Shown one piece after another: positions 48,665 through 63,100 of a stretch of DNA of 64,000 nucleotides (positions are counted from its first letter, which is position 1; each line of letters opens with the position of its first letter). Location of the stretch: positions 14,074,001 to 14,138,000 of the forward strand of contig NC_092674.1 in the NCBI RefSeq assembly GCF_964355755.1, read 5' to 3'. This stretch comes from Antedon mediterranea. Lineage: Eukaryota; Animalia; Echinodermata. The notes beneath the pieces are model-generated. The model was given only the letters and a program-made list of their open reading frames with translations. It did no database searches and had not been told where the DNA came from. The position numbers and the translations under genes were made by a program.

Positions 48665-49951
48665 CTAGATGGTACGCTCGCTTCGCTTGCATACTTGAAT
48701 ACACAATAATTTCAGCGTAACAAAACTGGCGATTTCAAATGTACGTTCCGCAGGACTATAATACTATAATTGTCGTTTACAGAAACGAATAAATAGACAC
48801 GATGATTTATGTAGTCAACTAAAATTAGCACCCTGGGAATTACTTCCGAAGGAGAAACTTATCACAAAATGAGTCCACATTTTTGATTTGGACTCATTTA
48901 AAGAAACCCAATTTGTGTTTTGTATGTAACATTAGGGTTGAGGGATGGAAAAGCTGATAGTGTACAAATAGGAACAATTTTTTAATATATTCTTTATCCA
49001 CTCAGTAACGAAATATTTTTTTCATGTTTTATACGCCTATATAAATAATATACCTCTAACTACAGTAAAACATTTGCGATTTAATACTTTGTTAAAACTG
49101 TCACTGTCATAATCGATTGAAATATTAAAGTACATGTCACGATACACCACTACGACGTTTATATTGTTGGTAATTATTAATTAATACAAACGTTGAGAAG
49201 GAACTGTCAGTATAAAGTTTATGTGTATATAATAATGTGTTTATATATCTAACAGTAGAGCCTATCCACAATCTCAGTAATAACGTTTATTTGTATATAT
49301 TTTTATATTACACCTAACAGTACGAACATTCACAGTAAGAAATGTTCGATTCAAATGAGGATCAAAAATAGTTAATAGGTATTTACAGTATTGCTAAAGT
49401 TTATTCTCAAAGGGCCCATATATTTACCTACCGTATGTATTAAACCAAGGGCTCATAAATCTACCTACTTGTGTTAAACCAAACTCTGGCAGACTGAGAA
49501 ATTGGGATGTTCCATTCATCGCAAATCAATACATTTGTATAATCGTATATTAAATCTATCAAAATAGTATTTTTAAAGAAAATTTTCAAAATTATGATGC
49601 TGTACTCTAGCTGTTCAACCAGTTTTCAGCTATTAAAAACAATTATCGTAGGAGGAGATAGGAAAATGCGAAGCCTCTTCGCATTTTTGTGGCGGGTATT
49701 TTTCAAGACGGACATCCATTAGACAGTGTATACCACGATTGGAAAACACCCCTATTTGGGGAAAATCGTTGAACCTAAATTCGTTTTAATCGTCAATAAC
49801 TAATTATCTAACTCAATTTAAATAGTAAACAGGGTTACATCAGGGGTTAAAGTACCGAAAGTACGAACCAACTTTATATACCATCGAGTAAACATTCTAG
49901 AAGTAACGCGCGATTTACCGAATTTTGCCCTTACGTAAATTTATATATAGA
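48665..49951 (-). mobile_element. Non-autonomous Helitron-like element, copy B
   Basis: On the minus strand begins TCTATATATA, ends with a GC hairpin then CTAG, inserted between A and T with no TSD. Confidence 0.8.
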
Positions 49952-50914
49952 TACTAATAAAGATTATGATGTACTGAAAAAAAAGGTTAGAGTGAATCCC
50001 ACAAAAAAAGAAACTAAAAAAAGTACAGCCAACAATTTCTTTTCTTTCAAAATACTTAAGACTTAAGATTTTATAATGCACGCTATTAACTCAACATGAA
50101 AAGCTTTTAAAACTTATTTGAATACATCATATAACACCACGTGTAGGCTCGTTATTTATTATATATATTTATTCTATACAAGTTATTTATTATTGTTTAT
50201 TTAATTTTTAATCTTTAATCTTTCTTACTTCTGGTTACCAATATTATGGTCCTGTTGAAAAACATAAACAAATCTTAACTACAAAATGTTAAGAATTTAA
50301 TTTAATTCTATTGATTTCGTTCTATTGTTGACAAAATATACGTATAATAAAATATATGTATTAATGTAAACGGATTGACTTGACCAATCACCTGGCGATT
50401 GAGTTACTCCTCATTAAACAGCCTGTAGTGCAGTGTTAAAAGTTCCAAGTTATAACTATTCGTCTATATAATAATATTATTGTAACATAAGCCTGTAAGC
50501 TTGTCTTCTCAGGATACATAAGTAATTATAAATTCAATAATCTGTAGTTTACATAACTGTATTTTCAATATACACAAATAAAAGAGAGTCTAAAGGTTTA
50601 TAACCGAATACAGACTTTGTTACATGTACAATTGTGAAAAAGGTTGTATTATTATATTGATGTGATGATGAGAATCCCAGCCGATTCTGAATGAATCGTG
50701 CAAGTACATTGTCGACTGGTATACGGCGAGTATGATGTATACAATAACTTTGGTAATGTACCTGAGAATTATTGACAGTGGTGATGTTCTTAATGATGCT
50801 GGTGGCGTATTTGACGAATGCGACGATCTACCTGACTATGTTGCTGCCTGGTGAACCCACGCACGTTCCAGCCACGCTCCTGTATACCGACCAGTGGTGA
50901 TTCCCACAAGGAAG

Positions 50915-51192
50915 TTAGGGTTCAGTTTCAAATTGATCAGCTAGGTCTGTTCTGCCTGTATGCCTTAGAGCTTCTATAAGCTGTGAACGCTTGGACTTCT
51001 CGTGACTCTGCCAAACCTCCAACATGCTTTGCATTGCTCCTTGTATGTTATTAGGATTGTCTTGTTTAAATGTATAAAGATTGGCTTTCGTGAAGCCAAG
51101 ACGTAATCCTAGTTCTTCCCATTCACCGCACAGGTTGTTGGTTAGATCCACTAATTCTCCACCCGTTAATTCTCTGCTCGTCAAGCCTGCAT
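50915..51192 (-). CDS. Terminal Death-domain exon of the ROCO gene
   Basis: LVDLTNNLCGEWEELGLRLGF...FKQDNPNN..AMQSMLEVW...LIEALRHTGRTDLADQF is a canonical death-domain pattern; TTTTAG acceptor, phase 1. Confidence 0.92.
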
Positions 51193-54100
51193 CTAAAAAT
51201 ATATATATAAATTAAATATATATAAATTAAATAAATCATCCACTAAAAAAAACATCGTCTCTGATAGATTATAAATCAGATAAGGTAGCTTGCTAGACAT
51301 TTAGTAGTAATTGTTGTATTTGGCCTGTATACACATTTATAATGTTATTAAGTTTTGTTTTGTATTTCTTTTTACTTCACCTGACGGAGGCATTCCTGCT
51401 TGACGTATACAGATGAGATTTTATAATGCACGTTTGTTTAACTGTATACATCATATCGGACATACTGTAGGCACATCTATATTACCTAAAGTAATATTTT
51501 ACGATTATCAGTGTTGTATCTACACATACTTCAATATTTGCAAAGTATCATAGGAATATGTTTGTAATACAGTATCTCATTTGTATCTCATGTCACCTTA
51601 TGTGGAGCCTGACGTGTCGTATAAGGTTAGGTTAAGTGTTATGTTATGGTATACTTAGTCTGGGTTCCAGACGGAGTTTTGTCTTAATATTAGTAAAAAG
51701 ATAAATATTTTGGCACATATGGCGTTTCATACGTATACTACTTGATTTTGGATACTCCGTCTGGGGAAACACGCACAAGTCACGTGGTTTGACACCAAGA
51801 ATTCTTGGTGCATACGATTATCCGGTTGACTAGTTTCAGCTGCATGCGATTGGCTACTCACTCGTACACCGTTTTAATATTCATATTTCAGAATTTCAAA
51901 GACTCAACAACTAAGATGATGCGCATGCGCTATGTTACGTTTAGACAACGTGTACTTGGGTACATTTATGAAAGTTTCTGAAGGCTAGACATAATTTTAT
52001 ATGCCTAGTACTAGTAGTCTGGTAAACATTTGATGAGATTTTTCCCAAGAACATGAAAACTCGTGATATGATAGGCTAGCTTCTCCGCAAATCAAACATT
52101 GAATGGATCATTTATTACGCGGAGATAATTTTGATTTAATTCCCACCCAGACCCTGTCCTGTTCTGTGTGGTGGTGTAGCCCTGTCGGGGTGCAGGTCAA
52201 GTCGGCCCCAAACCGTCTCGGCCAAAGTCAAGTCGGCCCCACGTCATGTCGGCCCCAAGTCAACTCGGCCTCAAGTCAACTCGGCCTCACGTCAACTCGG
52301 CCACAATAAAGTATGGAACGCAAAAAGTGCTTAATATTATTACGATTCTTACTATCCACGTTTTAAAAAAAATGAAGAAATAAAAAATATAATATATAAA
52401 AAAATGAACTCATTGCCGATATGAATAGAAGTACCCGCGTGTTACAAAAAACACGTGCAGGTACCGTATTTTAGGAAATCGAAGACGGAGGCCTACGTTC
52501 CACCATTTGGCCGTAGAAAAAATGATCGTACATCGTTTTTGTGCATGATTTGCGTTTTTTAAAAAGGGGAATCCCCCGGTCAGCGAAAACACGTAGCAGT
52601 TGTAGATATCGAAAAAGCTGGCAAACGCGCAGGGAGGCTCAGCTACGAAATTTTATTAAACGTAAATAAAGGAAAGTTGGTGAAATCATTCTTATTTTTT
52701 TTGCTAAATATATTATTGTCTAAATAATAATATTCATTAAAAGTCAGAATTATTCATAGTTAAAAAATTGTGAAGAAATATTATTTTATCAATCCCCTTC
52801 ATTTGCACTTTTTGCGTTCCATACTTTAACGGGGCCGAGTTGACCGATTATTTTTTGGCCGAGTTGACGTGAGGCCGAGTTGACTTGAGGCCGAGTTGAC
52901 TTGAGGCCGACTTGACTTGGGGCCGACTTGACTTTGGCCGAGACGGTTTAGGGCCGACTTGGATCGAAACCCCCTGTTGTTGTGTGCCGCCGGTGGTGGT
53001 ATGTAGGCCTACTTTATTGGCGTTTTATTTGGCAGGTCATACGTGCGAATTGAGTAGGACCTACGAAAGAGGTCTAGGCCAAGGACTAAACAATTAATAA
53101 ACAAAACAACTTGGCATTACGATTTTATATTTCAACAGTCTCGATCGTACATTCAGCACTGTACGTACTCGATCTTTTTCATTTTGAAACAAAATGATCA
53201 TTGGTTGATTCGAAATCCATATTTACATACCGCCCGCCCCATATAGCCAAATACGGTATGATAAACTACGTCATTCTTATCGGATGTTTGCGGTCTGCAA
53301 ATCGAATTCTATACGTGTTTCACAAGTCTGTATTTTCAGACAAAAATCGCGGTCGAAATAAAAACAAATAAATTAAAAAAAAAGATAATACAGACTTGGG
53401 GCAAGTCTATGGTATACTGTATGATACTATGAGATACATGTGTCACACATGTGATATTGTAATACCAAACATTCATATGATACTTGAGAAATCTAGATAC
53501 ATTACCATTGTGATGATATATGACGCAGGGCCAGTAATTAGCTTTTCATTTTTTATCTTATGTGGCGTCTAAACAGAGCGACAGAATTATAATGCATAAT
53601 CCTCATTATATTTCCATTAATCAGCCTCAAATACTGATCAACAGTTATAGGAGAGCACGTATATTGTACGGGGATTTTAACGAAATGTTTGCATTGTGTG
53701 CACCTATCTGTAAGAACAATTCGCACTTGATGCAAAAATTTGAACCAACTAACCTGTAGCCTGAGGACCATCACTCGGTGTATCTATGTACAAAACGTAG
53801 GACTACGTATTAGTAAACATCTCAAAAACTAATTGCTCATATAAAAAAATGGTAAGCCTTACAATTGAATTATTATTAGCTTACTTTACAAAACGTTTAC
53901 ATAACATTGTTGCTAGATCAGTTTTTAGGTACAGTGACAACAAACTACCTACTGTAGGTCGAATTGTGCTTGTTTCTACATTGAAACGAGCAGCTAATAA
54001 AATAAAAGATAGTGACCAAATAACATAAGTGAGAAGTATCTGATATGATACCATACCTAACTATAAAGTGTACTTTTAAAATCATATTTCGCAAGTTTAC

Positions 54101-57100
54101 TGAACTTTTGATTATTATTGTATAAACAACAAAATAAACAAAATAAACACAATATTCAAAACATTTTTTTAAAAATTAAAAAAAAATTGCATCGTTTCAT
54201 TTTGATTTAAAAAAGAATCTCAGATTGTACACTAGTAAAACAATTTAGGCATGGATATAAAAAACACTCGTAATTAGTCTTTGATTGAAATATATTATTT
54301 AAAGTTATTTAATTGTTAAATTATAACTTATATATAAGCATAATCTATTGAAATGTTAACTTTTGGGTAGTATCCACAGTATGTCAGCCTATAGTAATAA
54401 AACATATTTTCCTATATATAACACTATAATCTATGAACCAGTTCTAGGTTATTTGTTCTCTATTTTTTACTGTAGTATAGTCTATCCTTAAACTTACCGC
54501 CAAAGAGTCGCTTGTAACGTGTCACATCCATGCCTTTTATGTTGCATGGCAACATGTCATCCTGGAAATCTCCAAGAATTTGCATATGCTTCTTTTCGGA
54601 TGTCTCGCTACAAACACAGGGAATGCATCTGTGGAAGGTAATCCCCCTCCTACCACCGTCTCTGGAATGTCCAAATGACATCTCAATCGTTGACAACACC
54701 TTTCAAAAACAAGAATTGCAGTTTAATGTTTTTTTTAAATTAGGATGTCTATCAATAGCAAAAGTTGTACAAAATTAATTGTTATTTTTTTTTTAAATAA
54801 ACCTCAAAAATACAATATTAAACGGAAATAAATATAGAGCCACCTTAATTGACCTGCATAAATTATTAACGTTGGCAAAATGTGTTTACTTGTCGAGTAC
54901 TTACAAAAAAAAGCCTACAATAGGTAAATTTTAATATTATAATATATATATAAATACATACCTCTTTACATGCTTCGGGAGTGAGTTCACATACTGTGTT
55001 TATTGGTTCCATAATTGCCTTTCTACGCGTAATAGTTACCTAATATTTTTAAAGAAGCATGCAGTATATTGGTATGTGCATAGCAAACGTTATGAACGAA
55101 TGTTCTGTCATAATATAGGCCTATACTTTATCTTGTCCAAAGTTGTGTAAGCTAAATGTGATTGTGGCAAAAATTATTAAAGGAATGATGTTTATGTTTC
55201 TTTTGTATATAAGGCATACAGTACTAAAGCGTTTTAAATCAATAATCGGTACCGGCAATTGCTGCAACATAAAGTTATTTTTTGCGTTTTACATTGTTTT
55301 TGTTCACCTTTGATAGTACAATATAATTACAGTAATAACATTTGAAGTTTCTCTGATGCCTGTAAATTTGGAAAAAGTGTTCCACCCGCGCCGGTAATGG
55401 TGGTGCTAAAAAGTTGCTATACAATAGGATTTAAAAAATGGATATTACTTGAATTATTTATTTATTTATTTCCCAACCAACAGTGAGCTCATGGTTCACC
55501 ACTTACAAGAGAGAACACAGACAAACACGAACATATACAATAACAAACATTAAACTAAACTACTAACAATGTTACGAAAACTTACGGAAATTATTACTAA
55601 AGATATCTAACTCAGGGTTTCTTAAAGTAAAAGAATTATAAGTTTGACTTAATCTACTAATAAAACCATTTTTTAAAACATTGACTCTACTAAAAGAAAT
55701 ATGAAAAGTAGTAGATTACTGAAAATAATATATCATACCTTTAACAGGAACTTTCGCTCATTCTTCTTAGTTACGAATTTGTCAAGAGACAAGATCACGT
55801 GATGAAATTGGTCTAAGTAGAGTTCGGCCAAATCATGCGTTAATGCTGGATCATCTCCGGTTTTCTTCTGATATTTGTTAATGAACTCAATAACTAAATA
55901 TGGAAACACTACGTCAGGCAGATATCCACAAAGGTCGTAATAGATACTGATAGATTGGTTGTCATCAGGTAGAGATCTCGATTCACTGAATGGAGTATCA
56001 AAAGCAAGTCGCAGTGGCACAAAAAACGATTGCTTGACACCTTCTGGTTCCTGAAATATTAATTGAAATTGTTAAAGATCTATTGTCCCTTTGACTAATT
56101 AAAAAAAAAATGTTTTTAATATTTCGAAAAAAGTGGGTCATTTTGAAGTATCATAATAGTTATTAACTTTCACCAAAAACTAGTCGGAAAAAACATAATT
56201 TAACCGAAATACATACCTTTTTTTTGTTCAAAAAATAACTTTGACTTCCAGTCAAAGTTTTCGATCAAAACATATCTCATAATGCAACGCGCTTGTTTGG
56301 CTACTCTGTATGCATAATAAAAAAAAACTTCTTCGCGATCTGTGTGAAAACACCTTCTCAACCGCAATGAGTTGTAAACAATCCTAATTAGCATCATGCA
56401 TAATGCATACTCATGGTTTGAAATCTTTGTTTACTTTCGCTCGTGACGATTTTCCAAACGAAATGTAATCACATTAATTTACCTGTTAATTACGTAAAAT
56501 TGAATAACTTTAATATTACTTTAATGTGGCCAATTTAAATTTAGAATATTTTTTTTCCATTTTGTTGTGTTTCAAGGGACAATACATCTTTAAAAAAAAT
56601 ATAAGACGCCATTTAATTGAAATCGTACACACAATAATAAATGTACTATGAGTATATGTAGTGCACTAAACCAGTAATTTTCTTATTTTGACCGAATCAG
56701 CTCGCAACACAAACATAAACCAGGAAGCATTATCAACGGGGTTATATTATAGGCCTAATATCAATATACAAATGTTTGGTATGATCGCTTCGCTCGCGTA
56801 CCATCTAGGTCGTGCCCGCAGATGGTTCTCGAATGTCAGCGTAAAAAACTGGTATTTTTCAAGATGGACATCCATTAGACTGTGTGTACCAAGGTCGGAG
56901 CAAATAGTTGAAGCTAAATTCGGTTTAATTGTAAATAACTAATTATTTAACTCAACATAATTACCAAACAGGGTTACATCAGGTGGTTAAAATCAGTACC
57001 GAGAGTACAAACCAACTTTATATACCATCGGGTAAACATTCTAGAAGTAACGCGCGATTGACCACATTTTGCCCTTATGTAAATTCATATATAGAAGACA

Positions 57101-60100
57101 GGGACCTATTTCTGTCATTGTCAACCCACCTAACCAAGTATGCTCGAGTCAAGTACAAAAAACCCATACCGTTGCCGTGACTTGACTAGTAGAGGTTATC
57201 TTCCTACAAATGAAGCCAAATCGGATCATTAACTCTACGAGGTACTGGAACTTCTCCATGTTAATACCTTGCTCCTCCCATAATTTGTGTAACAACGTTT
57301 CATCCAGTATGCCTTTGTTAAGGTTCCAAAAGGCTTCACGATACATACCTGTCTAAAATAGAATACAAAATAAATATTATGATTTTTGTGTTTCTGTATA
57401 AGGCACAATACATTCTATGGTGAAAAGTATTAGGCCTCATACGTTTTCTTTTTGATGGATAATTGGATCATCAGCAAAACATATCAATAATATATTCTTT
57501 GGAAAGGAGGCACATCAGTGTAAATTATCTTGTAAATGGTAAGTTGATAAATAAATGAAACCGTCGCAGGTTTGAGACGTTGTAGAGAAAGAAGTAACAA
57601 CCAACTACGAGCTATGATGCTCAAATTTCATATGATATTTAAAAGAGATGTAGAAATAATATAAAACAGAATTTGATAATCTAAATGAAAGTTTATTAAG
57701 CCAAAAAACGAAACATACATCTTAAGACTTTACAGAAAGCGAGAAAGTAAACATTGAGACAAATGATAATAAAACTAAGTTGTTCACATTATCCTTTTTA
57801 AAGGAAAATGTCAGCCCGTACTATGAGGTAACTTACTGGAAAGTCAGGTGGAATCACAGTGACAAACGCGGTGATAACTTTAACCAATCCCATAGGATCT
57901 ACCACCACTTCGTCTTTTAATGATTCATTATCAGGCAGGTAGATGATGTCACCAAGATCATACAGGAAGTTAAGAAGGGCCGACTGTTGATTTTCCTCAA
58001 GAATTCCGCTTTTTCTTGCCAGAACTTTAACCTGAAAAGTTTACATCGAAATACAAAAATCTAATTTTCTTTTCTTACATCGTATCAGCAATGTGTAATA
58101 CGAACAGTTTTACTGTTGCTTTTTCTTTTTACTATAAATAAATATTTATAATGTACATTTTAAAAGAATTTTAACAAATCAAAACCGTTGTATTACAAAA
58201 AATGTACCATTTTAAAATAAAAATGGTACAATAATGGATATTTCTTTTTAATTTACCTCTTCTAAAGTACATATCAATTTTGCCACCCGTAGATTATATA
58301 TTTCACATCGAAAGCGCATCCACTTCAACGGAATAACCTTTTTTAAATGGTTCATAAGCTTATTAATTTCTTTTTTAAGATCATCAAAGCTCTTATCAGT
58401 AGTTGCTTCACTGTTTTCAACAGCAAACATTCCATGTACATGCTTTTGGTACGGTTTCCCTATGAGAGTCTCGTCAATCTTCTTTAACAACTTCTTTGAC
58501 TGAATTAAAAAAAACAACAACTAAACTAAATTGTGAAGATGCAATTAGCCTACTATCAATATAAGACACAGGATATAAGCACATTATTAAACATGTTATG
58601 CAAAATGTTTACCATTTTCATTTTGTCTTCCTTGTATAAAACGTTAACATTGGCGACAAAATTTAAATTTTACAACTGTCTAAATTTTCAAATGTACAAT
58701 TGATTGATGTAAGTTAGGATAACATACCGTACCGATTATGTCAGAATATTTTATTTAAAAAAAATGAAAATTAACGCGGTCAATTGAATGTATTAGGATG
58801 ATAATTACAATATATAAAATGTAATAATAAACGTGACTGAAGTGAGTAAACATTGTTTATATATGATTTCACTATTAGGTCATCAAACGATTTAAATTTG
58901 ATGACCATTAAACAATAATTTGGTAAAAAATATAATAAAATAGCAAAATTAGGCCTAAACCTATGCGACTTCAAGTCTAAATATGTAGTTGCGATCCTTA
59001 AAGGTATAGCGTATACTCCCACAAACCGTCTCATCCCTTATTTTTAGAATACGAATTTCTCCCATCATTAGTCCGTATTAGATCTCTTTACACTCGAACT
59101 GGTAGATATAGAAAGTCAACTCCATATAATAGCAAAACATCTAGATAAGATTAGTCTAACTATAAACTGTGTCTCATTGTAGGCATCATGACAATTTGTT
59201 GTTATTGGAATTTCTCTTTTGCCTGTATGCTTTTTTTAATCTTTTAATGTGTTTTTTCATTATCGTGTTTTTTGAGGTTTTTTTAAAATAATTTTACGAG
59301 GTTTGTCTGTGTACAAATAATACATTTTAAATGTTTTATATATTTGACAATAAATGCTGTGCAAGCAGCGCACTCAATCATTCAAAACTAAAGTAACGTT
59401 TCTAGAATTGCGTAAAATATGACTTGTACCATGTCATTTCGTTCCTCTTCCGTGTCTCCAAGCTTTCCTTTGTGCGTACCCACAATAAGAATAACAGGTA
59501 AATGAACTTTCTCCTTTATATTCTCAATAACGTTACGGCTATGAGAATAAACTGAGAGGATCGACGATAATATGAATTGGAGATTGGTCAAATGGTGTAC
59601 ACGTTCGTGCTAAAACATAAAACAAAATATATTATATATAAATTAGTTGTGTGTGAAATTTTCATTTCAGTTTATACAAAGCCAAACATACACTTCAACA
59701 ATTGTTTTCACAATTAAACTTTTGAAGGTCATTATAAAAATAATAATTTAAAACAAAAATGATAATAATAATAATAATTCTTTCCGCGCTACGGTACAAT
59801 ATAAGCATAGTGATTTTTTTTTTTTTTTAAATAAATGATCTTCATCAACAGTTAGGATTCCTCGTGACTTGTTCAATCTACTCAACAATTGTACAAATGA
59901 CTTAAAAAAACATACTTACTCCATTTGAATCTAGGACAATTGCAGGATCATAGAGGTTTTTACTCATGTCAAATACAACTAGATACACTGCTCCTAGTGT
60001 CATAAAGATCTAAATAAAAAAAACAATTATTTATACAGCTATTTACTATGACTAGAGGGTCATCTAGTAAGTGTAGACGATGGTTCTCGAAATGTTTAAT

Positions 60101-63100
60101 AATGACTCGGGTAAAAAGCAGTCTGGTCCACGGACGTTTCGACAGCTTGTTTCGGTCTATTTTCGGGGGGCGGCTACCATAGCCTAATCTTTGTTATTGG
60201 AATTCTTTAATGAGATATTTTAAAATATACATTTTAAATGTTTACTGGATATTTATTGGTTATTTGTTAAAATAATGTTTCTTAGTGTCTTGATGAATTT
60301 ATATTATGAAATACAATAAAAAATATCAAAATCCTTGATAAATTATCAATGAATTCTACTACATCTAGAACTATGTTTTAACATAACGTTGAACGTATAT
60401 AAGTATAGTGGCAATTTATTTGAGGGGAGTTTATTCCAAATGTTTTTTTTGGGGAGGAGGGGTAGGTTCGTCTGCTTATTCAAAGCAGTGCGTTTATTTT
60501 ATTACGGTAATTAGGCATATTTCTCTAGGCCTAGTTGATTTCTTTTCTAATTTGATCATCGTTAATGATTGAGTGTTCTAGATATTGATGGATTACGAAT
60601 AGACCAAGGAAAGCAGATATTACAGTTTTAGGCATAACGCAATTATAACATTCATAGATAATAAAAATTAGATGAGGTCTCTCAATTATTTATCTCACAA
60701 TTATTATCGTATGTATTACACCGATGATTTCTCTATTGAACATAAACATGTGCGCTTACACTCTGTATTCTATGGTAGATGATCTGTCCTCCATGATCCC
60801 ATATTTTGAAGGAGTGTTGCAATGGAGTCGTTTCTGCTTGTTTTTCAAAAATACCCTGAATGATATCGTCATCAAACTGGCCACGTACTTCAAATGATGC
60901 ATCTTCAGTAACGTCTTTGGTCACATTCAACACTAGTTTAATTTAATTTTTTTTAAATGTAAATAAAAAAAACAGTCATTATCATCAAATTCGTCGTCAT
61001 CATCGTGATTATCATCAATCATCATATATCAACGATTACAATAACACACTTATCTGTAATCTTCCTTGACATTTACCATCATGCAATCAGCATTTCGATT
61101 CATTATCATCATCGTTAACATTAAAGTCGTTGATAATGTATTGATTTTCTTATTCACTCAATAAGATGTTTTATAATAGTTTACGCACTGTCTTTTGTAT
61201 TTTTGTGAGGGTCCCTAATGATCAGCTTCGGCTGGATGGACCACCCATATTTTTGAAATAAAAAAATAAAAATAAACTGCATATCAAACACAACAAACCT
61301 TCTTTAGTTGATTTTTGGCTAACCTAAAACAAAAAGATTGGCAAATATCATTATTTATTCCATTCAAATCAGTTACTGTCACTTATAAAATGTATTACGG
61401 GTTTATAATAAATTTTTTTTTCAGGCTCATTTTTCTCTTTTTTGAATTAAACGTTCATGGTGTGTGCTGTAATGATATATGCATGTACGCGTACATCAAC
61501 ACTTCAAAACTATATCTACATTTCCAAAACATTTCGGGTTTATTTCGAGCGATTTGATCATTTATCCCACATTTAGTTGGATAGAAAATACCTTTTAAGT
61601 TGAATAGTTAATAACATTCTATTTAGGCCCTAACTTTAAAAGATATCCCGGAATTTTAGTAGATCAGAATTAACAAATGTGAGTAATAACATCTATAAAC
61701 AATATTACCTATTTCAATTTAAAAGCAGAAAGGAAATACCAATGTATAATGATTTGATAACTGAATGGTACAACCAATTTACATTGATAACTATACTAAT
61801 TACCATTGGGAACTATTGATCATTGTATTTGGCTGTTATTTAGGAGACATTGGCATTTATGAGCAATTAAAATGTTGTACAGATGCTAACACACCATTGG
61901 TACAAATCCTTTAATACATACACAACATGAACATTAAGATACTACATAAGTATACATGTTGATGACAATAAAAATAAATATTCATATCTTAAAATTCATT
62001 CATAAATTCTAGTAATTAAAGATTTATCTTGAGAATCACATTTAATTTGTCGATTGCAAATTTGGTTTTATTTAATATTATTTTGGCAATCGATTATAAA
62101 TTATAATACTTACATCTTTAGTTTCTGTTGATGTTCCACCTTTAGCACCTTTTGAAAAAAAAAGCATGTTTATTTCAGTAAGGAAGTAATTAATTTGAAT
62201 GCCCACATTTGCTTGGTATTTTTTCCTTTTCAGATATCTGTTTTGTTTTCGGAATTTTACATTAAGTGGGCCATATTGTAATTGCAATATGACACACTAT
62301 ACAATATAAAACAACTTATGATTTTGACTAATTTCATATACAATTGTTATAATAAATATTGTAATAATAAGTAATAAGTAGTGTAATACGCTAAAAGCTA
62401 GTAAAGCATACACAAGAGCACAAATAAAACGTAGCCTACATGATGTCTATTTTATTTAAACTGTCGTAAGAAGCATTTATTTCAATTCCTTTGTCTTACC
62501 CTCTTAAAAAATAACATTGTTTTGACAGAAAACTACAAATAAACATGTCTATGATTACCTATATCCATTTATTATAACATTATAAATTATCAATATTTAG
62601 GTCTTGTGTGCATGAAAACAATTATTCTTAAATCATAATAAAATCATTTTTCCGATTTACAGAGAGTGAAAGAAATACACTCGTATCCATGACTACTACC
62701 CCTTCTCCCTCTATACTTCCTCTACACTATAAACATACGTTATGTTATGTGTCTAGCTAGACAGAGTAGCGTGCGAGAATCCGCTGAGAAATAACACTTT
62801 GTTAGATAAAAATTAAAAATTTGTGACGTCACTTTGTCTCTTATCTTATTTTTTTTAAAGGAAAAAAAACAACAAAGACGATGGAAATCAGGCTTCTTAG
62901 TTTGGGTGTATTAGCCCAACTAGATGAACATACAATGGTTAGCACAAAAAAAAACATCTTTTCTTCCGGCATCTCCATTTAAAATGTAAAACTTGACACG
63001 TAAACCTAAGCCTAAGCCTAAACAACGTTTAGGCTTACCATTGTTAAATAATTATTATTAATAAGAGTCCAAAGGAATTTATTCACTCACCTTTGATGAC

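Noticed and set aside
63091-63100. 10-nt AG/GTGAGT-bounded microexon in the ROCO gene
   Set aside because: It breaks the frame between the flanking candidate exons and cannot be supported without transcripts.
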